Origin: an uncultured Verrucomicrobiota bacterium
Lineage (GTDB): Bacteria; Verrucomicrobiota; Kiritimatiellia; PWTM01
Reading direction: 5' to 3'
Assembly (NCBI GenBank): GCA_964423465.1
Contig: CAYRFK010000004.1
Location: 1-58,645 of the forward strand
Length of the DNA stretch: 58,645 bases
Made by a program: the position numbers and the translations under genes. This document shows, one piece after another, positions 47,952-55,917 of the stretch. Below the pieces are notes generated by a model. It was not told the DNA's origin, did not search any database, and was given only the letters and a program-made list of their open reading frames with translations. Numbering within the stretch: the first letter of the stretch is position 1; every line of letters starts with the position of its first letter.

Positions 47952-48587
47952 TCATCGCCGCCGGGGCGCACGGGCGGCCTCGGCTTCGCCGACGGAGGCG
48001 AGGCTGAGCTTCATGTCCTTCAGCCGCCCGTTGTGGACGCCGTAGATCCAGCCGTGGATCTCGAGGGGCTGGCCGCGAGTCCATGCATCGCGCACGATGG
48101 TGGTGTCGGCGACGTGATGGACCTGCTCCCGAACGTTGATCTCGCAGAGCCGGTCGACGCGCGCCGCGTGGTCGGTGATCGGCGCCAGTTCGCGACGATG
48201 TTTCTCCTGCATCTGGCGGATCGGGTGCAGCCAGTTGTCGATCAGGCCGTGGGCCGTCAGGTCCAGCGCCGCCTTCACGCCGCCGCAGTCGTAGTGGCCG
48301 CAGACAATCACATGGCGCACCCGCAGCACGTCCACCGCATACTGCAGCACCGCCAGGCAGTTGAAGTCGGTATGGATGACCTGGTTGGCGACATTGCGGT
48401 GCACGAATAACTCGCCGGGCAGCATGCCCACGATCTCGTTGGCCGGGACGCGGCTGTCGGAGCAGCCAATCCAGAGGTACTGCGGCGCCTGCTGGTTCAC
48501 GAGGCGCGTGAAGAAGTCGGGCCGGTGCCGTACGGCGTCCGCCGCCCATCGCCGGTTGTTCTCAAACAGTGTCCCCAGAGTCTTCAT
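47952..48587 (-). CDS. Beta-class carbonic anhydrase
   Basis: ATG 48587; 211 aa. Zinc ligand motifs CSDSR and GHYDCGG. Contains HRNVANQV. Confidence 0.88.
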   Translation of the reverse strand: MKTLGTLFENNRRWAADAVRHRPDFFTRLVNQQAPQYLWIGCSDSRVPANEIVGMLPGELFVHRNVANQVIHTDFNCLAVLQYAVDVLRVRHVIVCGHYDCGGVKAALDLTAHGLIDNWLHPIRQMQEKHRRELAPITDHAARVDRLCEINVREQVHHVADTTIVRDAWTRGQPLEIHGWIYGVHNGRLKDMKLSLASVGEAEAARAPRRR

Positions 48588-48642
48588 GCGCCGCCCCCAA
48601 ATCGGTTCGCCATCGGTCGGGCTCGCGCCTACCATACCCGGG

Positions 48643-49377
48643 ATGTCGGGATTGGCCAGCCAGAATGCGCTTCTTTTCGGGTTCGCCGGGACGTGCCTAC
48701 TGCTCGTCTCGTGCGCGGCGTTGCCGCCGGTGGGCCCCGTCGCCGTCGAGTCGCGGCGCATCCTCGCCAACGCGCGCGACACGGCCTACGAGCACCGGAC
48801 GACGGTCGATGAGGTGGCGGGGCAATACCACTTGGACTGCTCGGGGTTCGCCTCCCTGCTCCTGCGCAGCCTCGCGCCCCGGGCGCTTGCCGTCGTCGAG
48901 TCGGCGGACCACCCGTTCCATCCCCGCGCCTTCGCCTTCCACGAGGTCTTTGCCGCGGCGCCGACGAACCGCCCGGACGCCACGAACGGCTGGTTGCGGG
49001 TGGTGCGCGTTCAGGACCTCCGGCCGGGCGACTTCGTCGCGTGGCGGAAGGTTGCGTGGGAACGCGGCGAGACCACGGGGCACGTTGTCATTGTCGACGC
49101 CCGGCCGGTGAGGGAGACCAACGGTTCGTGGCGCGTTGCGGTCATCGACTCCACGACGCGGCCTCACGCGGACGACACACGCCCGCCGGGCACCGGCGGC
49201 ATCGGCCGCGGAACGATATGGTTCACCGTCGACGCGGCCGGACGTCCCAACGGCATCCGGTCGCTCTCTCGCGAGGACCCGCCGAAGACGAACATGCCGA
49301 TCGCGGCGGGGCGGCTGGTGGGAACACCGAACGTCGAACCCTGCTTCGCCAGGGCTTCGCAGACCTCCGACCTCTGA
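48643..49377 (+). CDS. NlpC/P60-like (papain-fold Cys/His) lipoprotein, hypothetical
   Basis: Lipobox LLLVSC. Contains YHLDCSGF (candidate nucleophile Cys) and GDFVAWR...GHVVIV (candidate His). The start is uncertain (48643 or 48586). The last ~20 codons and the stop lie inside heptamer repeats. Confidence 0.5.
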   Translation: MSGLASQNALLFGFAGTCLLLVSCAALPPVGPVAVESRRILANARDTAYEHRTTVDEVAGQYHLDCSGFASLLLRSLAPRALAVVESADHPFHPRAFAFHEVFAAAPTNRPDATNGWLRVVRVQDLRPGDFVAWRKVAWERGETTGHVVIVDARPVRETNGSWRVAVIDSTTRPHADDTRPPGTGGIGRGTIWFTVDAAGRPNGIRSLSREDPPKTNMPIAAGRLVGTPNVEPCFARASQTSDL

Positions 49378-49409
49378 CTTCCGACCTCTCCGCTCCTCGC
49401 TCTCCGCCC
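49361..49409 (+). repeat. Heptamer tandem array NGACCTC x4, continuing as TCCGCTC-type units
   Basis: AGACCTC CGACCTC TGACTTC CGACCTC TCCGCTC CTCGCTC TCCGCCC. The TGA of the third unit is the stop codon of the preceding ORF. Confidence 0.6.
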
Positions 49410-49482
49410 CGCTCCGGGGCCACTTGCCGCTCGACACGCGTTCCGGGTTCCTGAAGACTCCGGGCCAACGGGAGACGGCAAC

Positions 49483-50943
49483 GTGAAACGACATGTGCGG
49501 TTCGGGCTTGCGGCGGCGGTGCTGGGGCTTGCCGGTGCGGCGATGGCGGCGGAGAGGCTCAATATCCTGTTCATTGCCTCGGACGACATGCGGCCGCAAC
49601 TGGGTTGCTACGGCGATTCGCTGGCGAAGTCGCCGAACCTCGACCGCCTGGCTGCGCGCGGTCGGCTGTTCACGCGGGCCTATTGCCAGCAGGCCCTCTG
49701 CTCGCCGTCGCGGATCTCGCTGCTCTCGGGGCGCCGGATCTCGACGACGAAGATCGACCAGATCGGCCCGACGCTGCGCAGCACGATGCCGGACATCGTC
49801 ACGCTGCCCCAGATGTTCAAGAACGCCGGCTGGTACGCGAGAAGCCTGGGCAAGATCTACCACGTCGGCATCGACGACCCGGCGTCGTGGAGCGAGCCGC
49901 CGTGGCACTCCAAGGCGCCGCGCTACGGGCCGGACGGAACGGCGCGGGTGAAGGCGCGTGCCGCGGAGATGAAGGCGAAGGGTATCCCGATCGAAGAGAA
50001 GGGGCCGAACCGTCCATCGTTCGGCGGTCCGGCCTTCGAGGCCCCGGATGTGGCCGACGAGGCGCTCCTCGACGGCGACGCCGCACGAGAGGCGATCGAG
50101 GCGATGCGCACGCTGGCGAAGACAACGGACCGTCCGTTCTTCCTCGGCGTCGGCTTCGCGAACCCCCACGTACCGTGGGTCGCGCCGAAACGGTACTGGG
50201 ACCTCTACCGGCCGCAGGATATCCCGATTCCGACCAACAACTTCGTCCCCCGCGGCGCGCCCGCGTTCGCCGCGAAGAGCGGGCAGGATTTCCTGTGGTA
50301 CGGCAACATCCCGAAGGACCGGGTCATCACGCCGGAGTTCGGCCGCCAGTGCCTCCACGGTTACCTCGCGGCGATCAGCTACGTCGACGCGCAGGTCGGC
50401 CGGTTGCTCGACGAACTCGACCGGCTCGGTCTCCGGGAGAAGACGATCGTCGTGTTCTGGGGGGATCACGGCTACTACATGGGCGAGCACGGGTGGTGGG
50501 GCAGCAAGCACAACAACTACGAGGGCGCCACGCGCGCGCCGCTGATCGTCGCCGCGCCGGGGATGAAGGCGGCCGGGACGCCGACGAAGGGCGTTGTCGA
50601 GTTCATCGACATCTTCCCGACGCTGGCCGACCTCGCGGGGCTGCCGGCGCCGGCGGGCATCGAGGGCCGCAGCCTGCGGCCGCTGCTGGACGATCCGGCG
50701 GCGACGTGGAAGGCGGGCGCGATCAGCCAGTACCGTATGGGGGGCCACTTCGGAACGGCGATCCGCACCGATCGCCACCGCTATGTCGAATGGACCGACA
50801 AGTCCGGCAAACTCGCCGAACGCGAGCTGTACGACCACCAGGCGGATCCCGCGGAGAACGTCAACATGCTGAAAGACGCCCCCGAAGCCCTGCTCCGCGA
50901 TCTCGCCGCGACGCTGCACTCGATCGTGAAGCCGGCACCATAG
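49483..50943 (+). CDS. Sulfatase (formylglycine-dependent, iduronate-2-sulfatase-like)
   Basis: GTG 49483 with GGGAG upstream, plus a signal peptide. Contains NILFIASDDMR. FGly motif CSPSRISLLSGR. 486 aa. Confidence 0.88.
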   Translation: MKRHVRFGLAAAVLGLAGAAMAAERLNILFIASDDMRPQLGCYGDSLAKSPNLDRLAARGRLFTRAYCQQALCSPSRISLLSGRRISTTKIDQIGPTLRSTMPDIVTLPQMFKNAGWYARSLGKIYHVGIDDPASWSEPPWHSKAPRYGPDGTARVKARAAEMKAKGIPIEEKGPNRPSFGGPAFEAPDVADEALLDGDAAREAIEAMRTLAKTTDRPFFLGVGFANPHVPWVAPKRYWDLYRPQDIPIPTNNFVPRGAPAFAAKSGQDFLWYGNIPKDRVITPEFGRQCLHGYLAAISYVDAQVGRLLDELDRLGLREKTIVVFWGDHGYYMGEHGWWGSKHNNYEGATRAPLIVAAPGMKAAGTPTKGVVEFIDIFPTLADLAGLPAPAGIEGRSLRPLLDDPAATWKAGAISQYRMGGHFGTAIRTDRHRYVEWTDKSGKLAERELYDHQADPAENVNMLKDAPEALLRDLAATLHSIVKPAP

Positions 50944-50962
50944 ATCCACCACCCTCGCGCCG

Positions 50963-51044
50963 CGTTCGATGTTCGGGGTTGAATGTTCGATGTTCGGCGT
51001 TCGTCTGCCATACGCTGTTGGCCATTGGATGTTGGCTGTTGTTG
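50963..51044 (-). repeat. Heptamer arrays on the opposite strand: CGAACAT family x6 plus CAACAxC family
   Basis: 50963-51003 reverse-complements to CGAACGC CGAACAT CGAACAT TCAACCC CGAACAT CGAACG. 51022-51044 reverse-complements to CAACAACAGCCAACATCCAATGG. It starts 20 nt after the sulfatase stop. Confidence 0.75.
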
Positions 51045-51088
51045 TTTCCCCGGTTGCCGCGGAGGCGGGTTGCTGGCATAACATCCCC

Positions 51089-53614
51089 GTGACTGCATCA
51101 CTCCGTTTCGCCCTCTGCCTGCTGACCGCCGCTGTCGTGGTGCGTGCGGGCCCGCCGTCGCCTGCGGACGAGGTTGCCGCGCTGCGGGCGGCGGTGACGG
51201 ACTTGTCTGTGTCCTTCGGCGACCGCTACCCGGGCGCGGCGGGTTACCTTCAGCGCCTCGACGCCCTCGCGCCACGGTTGGGTGCGGGCGGGGACGCGGG
51301 CGTCGCGGCCCGTCCGGAATTCGACGCGTTGCGGCGCGAGGCGCTCGTCGCCAACCCTCTGGTGAGCGGGCGGCCGATCCTGTTCGTCGTGCGCGCGCAG
51401 TACACCAAGGGCCACCACAACACGGAGACCTTCTTCCCTGCCGCGCAGCACGAGTTCAACAGCGGGCGGTTCACCCCGGGCGGGGCGCTGAAAGCGATCG
51501 ATCTCGCCCGCGGCGGTGCGGTGCGCACGCTGATCGACCTTCCGGAGGGTGTCGTGCGCGATCCGGACGTCGGCTTCGACGGATCGCGAGTTCTCGTGTC
51601 GCTGCGCCGGACGCCGGCGGACAGCTATCACGTCTGGGAGGTCGGCGCGGATGGTGCGGGACTGCGGCAGATCACGACCGCCGCGGATGTCGACGACCTC
51701 GACCCGCTGTATCTCCCCGACGGCGGCATCGCCTTCAGTTCCACGCGCGAGCCGAAGTACTGCATGTGCAACCGGCACATCATGGCCAACCTCTTCCGGA
51801 TGAACTCCGACGGATCGAACATCCGCCAGATCGGCAAGAGCACGCTGTTCGAAGGCCACGGCGCGCTGCTGCCGGACGGGCGGATCCTGTACGACCGCTG
51901 GGAATATGTGGACCGCAATTTCGGCGACGCGCAGGGCCTCTGGACCGTCTATCCCGACGGCACCGGCCATGCGTTGTACTGGGGCAACAACACCGCCTCG
52001 CCCGGGGCCGTCCTCGAGGGCCGCGCCGTGCCGGATTCCGATCTCTTCCTCGCCACCTTCAGTTCGTGTCACGACCGGCCGTGGGGCGCGCTCGCGCTCG
52101 TCGACCGGCGGCGCGGTCTCGAGGGCGCCGCGCCGGTCGTGCGGACCTGGCCTGCGAGCGCGACGAATCTCATCAGCGAGGAGGGCTGGCAGCTCTTTGA
52201 CCGTTTCGCATCGGTGAAGCCGAAATACGAGGATCCGTATCCGCTGAGCGACCGCCATTTCCTTTGCTCGCGCATGACCGGCAACGGGGAGGAGATGGGG
52301 ATCTACCTGCTCGACGTCTTTGGCAACGAGATCCTGCTGCACACGGAAGCCCCCGGCTGCTTCGACCCGATGCCGCTGGCCGCGCGTCCCCGCCCTCCCG
52401 CGATTCCCGTCCGCCGCGACGACCGCGGCCCCGCCGAGGGGGCCTTCTATGTCGCCGACGTGTATGCGGGCACGCACATGGAGGGCATTGCGCGCGGCAC
52501 CGTGAAATGGCTGCGCGTGGTCGAATCGCCTGAGAAGCGGCAGTGGACCGCGCCGACCTGGGGCGGGCAGGGCATCGAGGGACCGGCGATGAACTGGCAC
52601 GACTTCGCCAACAAGCGGATCCTCGGGACGGTGCCGGTCGCGCCGGACGGCTCGGCCTGGTTCACGGTTCCGGCAGAGCGGTTCGTCTACTTCCAGCTGC
52701 TCGATGCGGACGGCATGATGGTGCAGTCGATGCGAAGCGGCACGATCGTGCAGCCGGGCGAGACGGCGGGCTGCATCGGCTGCCACGACGACCGGTCGAT
52801 GGCCGCACCGGTCGGGTCCTATTCACGGCACCCGGGGACGTCGGGCCCCGCGCGTCTGCAGCCGTGGCGCGGTCCCGAACGGCTCTACAACTACCGTGCG
52901 GAGGTCCAGCCCGTGTGGAACGACCACTGCGTGCGCTGCCACGACTTCGGGAAGCCGGCGGGGGAGAAGCTGGTCCTCGCGGGCGACCGCGACCTCGCGT
53001 TCAACGCCTCCTACATCGACCTGTGGAGGCGCGGCACGATCAAGGCCATCGGCGCCGGGCCTGCGCAGATCCAGCCCGCCAAGTCCTGGGGATCGCATGC
53101 GAGCCGTCTTGTGCAGACGTTGCGCAAGGGCCATGCAGGGGTCCGGCTGACGGCGGAGGACTGGGACCGCATCGTCACGTGGATCGACCTGAACGCCCCG
53201 TACTATCCAAGCTACGCCAGCGCGCACCCCGAGAACCCGGCCGGCCGGCCGCCGCTCGAATCGAAGCAGGTGGAGCGGCTGGAGACCTTGACGGGTGTTC
53301 CGTTGCGCAAGATGCTGTCGCACGGTGGCAACAAGGGGCCGCAGATCAGCTTCGACCGCCCGGAGGTGAGTCCCTGCCTGGCGCCGCTGTCTGTGGAGGA
53401 TCCCCGCCGAAGCGAGGCGCTGTCAATTCTGCGGGCCGGGGCCGCGGAACTGGCACGCAATCCGGAACCCGATGCCGAAGGGTTCCGGCCCTGTCCGGTC
53501 GATGCATGGCGAGACGCCAAGTATGCGGCGCGGCAGGCGGAAGAGGAACGGCACCGCGCCGCGATCGCCTCGGGCCTGCAGGAACGCGACGGCCGCGGAG
53601 GGGGAGGGGAATGA
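51089..53614 (+). CDS. Secreted TolB-like beta-propeller protein with two C-terminal CXXCH heme-binding motifs (PSCyt-like)
   Basis: A GTG 51089 start is proposed (signal-like TASLRFALCLLTAAVVVRA). Propeller-type repeats include DPDVGFDGSRVLVS, LPDGGIAFSS and MNSDGSNIRQI. The heme motifs are CIGCH and CVRCH, the latter followed by FGKPAGEKLVLAGD. About 841 aa. Confidence 0.65.
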   Translation: MTASLRFALCLLTAAVVVRAGPPSPADEVAALRAAVTDLSVSFGDRYPGAAGYLQRLDALAPRLGAGGDAGVAARPEFDALRREALVANPLVSGRPILFVVRAQYTKGHHNTETFFPAAQHEFNSGRFTPGGALKAIDLARGGAVRTLIDLPEGVVRDPDVGFDGSRVLVSLRRTPADSYHVWEVGADGAGLRQITTAADVDDLDPLYLPDGGIAFSSTREPKYCMCNRHIMANLFRMNSDGSNIRQIGKSTLFEGHGALLPDGRILYDRWEYVDRNFGDAQGLWTVYPDGTGHALYWGNNTASPGAVLEGRAVPDSDLFLATFSSCHDRPWGALALVDRRRGLEGAAPVVRTWPASATNLISEEGWQLFDRFASVKPKYEDPYPLSDRHFLCSRMTGNGEEMGIYLLDVFGNEILLHTEAPGCFDPMPLAARPRPPAIPVRRDDRGPAEGAFYVADVYAGTHMEGIARGTVKWLRVVESPEKRQWTAPTWGGQGIEGPAMNWHDFANKRILGTVPVAPDGSAWFTVPAERFVYFQLLDADGMMVQSMRSGTIVQPGETAGCIGCHDDRSMAAPVGSYSRHPGTSGPARLQPWRGPERLYNYRAEVQPVWNDHCVRCHDFGKPAGEKLVLAGDRDLAFNASYIDLWRRGTIKAIGAGPAQIQPAKSWGSHASRLVQTLRKGHAGVRLTAEDWDRIVTWIDLNAPYYPSYASAHPENPAGRPPLESKQVERLETLTGVPLRKMLSHGGNKGPQISFDRPEVSPCLAPLSVEDPRRSEALSILRAGAAELARNPEPDAEGFRPCPVDAWRDAKYAARQAEEERHRAAIASGLQERDGRGGGGE

Positions 53615-54630
53615 GGCGCCCCTTCCTGTGGAGCGCTTTCGCCGGCCTTCTGTGCTTCGCGACGGCGCGGGCGTGGTCTGCGGAACCGGCTACCGTCGTC
53701 CACTCGACGCACGTGCCCCCCGGATACACGCTGGACTGGCATGATGAGTTCGACGGCCCGCTGGATTCCTCCAAGTGGGCGCACTTCCTTGTGGACCGGT
53801 CTCGCGGTTGGGTGAGGCTGTCCCGCGAGGCCGCATCGAACGAGGTGTCCGGGGTGTTGGCCCTGAGTGCATCGGAGCCCGAAGGCGGGCCCGTGTCCGC
53901 CTGGCTGACCACGCAGCCCTCGTACCGCCGGACCTTCGGCTACTTCGAGGCACGGATCCGCACCCATTCCACGCGTGGACTACGAAGCGCGTTCTGGCTG
54001 ATGTCGGCCTCTCTCGGCATGAAGCCCGGTCAGCCGGGTACCTCCGGCGCCGAGATCGACATCCTCTCCTACGCAGGGGACGGCGAACGGGACCGGGCCC
54101 TGTCGCAGGGCGCCTACTGGGACAGCTACGAGGGCACGCCGCGCCTGGGCACCAACACCCTCGGGCAGGTGAGGGTTCTTTCCAATGCGCCGCCGCCGCA
54201 GGCCTCCGGGGCGATGATCGACCTCGATTCGCACGGGCTCACCAATGTCGTTCCGAGCGCGGATTTCCATGTCTACGGGCTGCGGTGGACCGAGAGGGAA
54301 TATGTGTTCTCGGTCGATGGCTGCGAGACCTTCCGCACGTGGCGCGGCATCTCGAGGGTCTCCCAGTTCCTCTGCCTTTCGCTGCTGCCTCCGCCCGGTG
54401 AGAACGAACGGCCCTCGCACACGGTCCTCCCGGCCCGGATGCGCGTCGACTATGTGCGGGTCTATGCGCCGCCTGCGGGCACGAACGCCCCTGTGGCTGC
54501 GCCGGCTCCTGGGCCCGTGGAGATGCACGAGACGCTGGCGCCGGCACCCCTTTCGGATGCGTTGTCCACGAACACGCAGCCGGTCGAAATGTCCCCCGCG
54601 CCCGATGCGCCGGCGGAGCCGCCGCGGTGA
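53611..54630 (+). CDS. GH16-like (concanavalin-type beta-sandwich) protein, catalytic motif altered
   Basis: ATGA overlap with the upstream gene, plus a signal peptide. Contains WHDEFDG...SKW and GYFEARIR...SAFWLMS. It has EIDILS where GH16 enzymes have EIDI(x)E. Pro/Ala-rich C-terminal tail. Confidence 0.65.
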   Translation: MRRPFLWSAFAGLLCFATARAWSAEPATVVHSTHVPPGYTLDWHDEFDGPLDSSKWAHFLVDRSRGWVRLSREAASNEVSGVLALSASEPEGGPVSAWLTTQPSYRRTFGYFEARIRTHSTRGLRSAFWLMSASLGMKPGQPGTSGAEIDILSYAGDGERDRALSQGAYWDSYEGTPRLGTNTLGQVRVLSNAPPPQASGAMIDLDSHGLTNVVPSADFHVYGLRWTEREYVFSVDGCETFRTWRGISRVSQFLCLSLLPPPGENERPSHTVLPARMRVDYVRVYAPPAGTNAPVAAPAPGPVEMHETLAPAPLSDALSTNTQPVEMSPAPDAPAEPPR

Positions 54631-55883
54631 CGATCCGCGCGCAGCCCGTGACGGTTCTCATCGCCGGCGCCGGCGACCGCGGCGGGGTCTATGCACGCTG
54701 TGCGGCCGCCATGCCGCGTCGCGCCCGCATCGTCGCCGTGGCCGAGCCCCGCGCGTTCCAGCGCGAAACGATGGCCTCCGCCCATGGGATCGATCCATCC
54801 CGCGTCTTTCGCGACTGGCGCGAGGCGGCCGCGCGGCCGCGGCTTGCCGATGCCGTTGTAATCGCCACGCCCGACGCCCTGCACGAGGCCCCGGCGCTGG
54901 CGTTCGCCCGGCTGGGCTATCATATCCTCCTCGAAAAGCCCATGGCCCCGACCGGGCCCGCCTGCCGGCGCATCCATGACGCCGTCGTGAAGTGCGGGTC
55001 CATCTTCGCCGTCGGGCACGTGCTCCGGTACACGGCCTACACCCGGGCCGTGAAACGGGTCGTCGACAGCGGTGTGCTCGGCGACGTGGTGAGCGTCCAG
55101 CACCTTGAGCCGGTCGGCTACTGGCACCAGGCGCATTCGTTCGTGCGCGGCAACTGGCGCAACGAGGCGGAATCCACCTTCATGCTCATGTCGAAGTCGT
55201 GCCACGACCTGGACTGGATCCGCCATGTCGTCGGCCGGCCGTGCTGCCGCGTGTCATCGTTCGGATCGCTCCTGCATTTTCGCCCCGCGAACCGTCCGTC
55301 GCGCGCCGCGGACCGGTGCCTCGACTGCCCCGTCGCGCGCGCCTGTCCCTACGACGCGGCCCGGCTCTATCCCGGCCTGCTGCGCCGGGGCTTCCGCGGA
55401 TGGCCCGTCAATGTCATGGCCCCCGAGGCCACGCCCGCCGCCGTCCGGCGCGCCTTGCGCGAGGGACCCTACGGGCGCTGCGTCTACGCCTGCGACAACG
55501 ACGTCGTCGACCACCAGGTCGTCGCGATGGAGTTCGATGGCGGAACCAGTGCGACCTTCACCATGACCGCCTTCACGTCGATGAAGTACGACCGCACGAC
55601 GCGGATCTTCGGCACCCGCGGCGAACTGCTCGGCGACAGCCGGACGATCCGCTGCACGGACCTCCGCACGGGCTGCGAGCGCGTCGTCACACCGGCGCGT
55701 CGGCGCGCCGACGGGGGACATGGCGGCGGCGACGGCGGACTGTTCGACGCCTTCATCCGCGCCGTCGCCACCGGCGACCGGTCGTCGATCCTATCCGGTC
55801 CCGCCGAAACCCTTGAATCCCACCGTATCGTCTTCGCCGCCGAACGCGCCCGCCTCACCGGCCGCGTCGTGAAACTGCACTGA
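54627..55883 (+). CDS. Gfo/Idh/MocA-family oxidoreductase with a Cys-rich insertion
   Basis: GTGA overlap with the upstream gene; 418 aa. Contains VLIAGAGDRGG, ATPDALH and LLEKP. Cysteines at CLDCPVARAC and GRCVYAC. Confidence 0.8.
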   Translation: MTIRAQPVTVLIAGAGDRGGVYARCAAAMPRRARIVAVAEPRAFQRETMASAHGIDPSRVFRDWREAAARPRLADAVVIATPDALHEAPALAFARLGYHILLEKPMAPTGPACRRIHDAVVKCGSIFAVGHVLRYTAYTRAVKRVVDSGVLGDVVSVQHLEPVGYWHQAHSFVRGNWRNEAESTFMLMSKSCHDLDWIRHVVGRPCCRVSSFGSLLHFRPANRPSRAADRCLDCPVARACPYDAARLYPGLLRRGFRGWPVNVMAPEATPAAVRRALREGPYGRCVYACDNDVVDHQVVAMEFDGGTSATFTMTAFTSMKYDRTTRIFGTRGELLGDSRTIRCTDLRTGCERVVTPARRRADGGHGGGDGGLFDAFIRAVATGDRSSILSGPAETLESHRIVFAAERARLTGRVVKLH

Positions 55884-55917
55884 CGGCCCCCCGCAGCTCC
55901 TCGAGCCCGTTCCTTGT

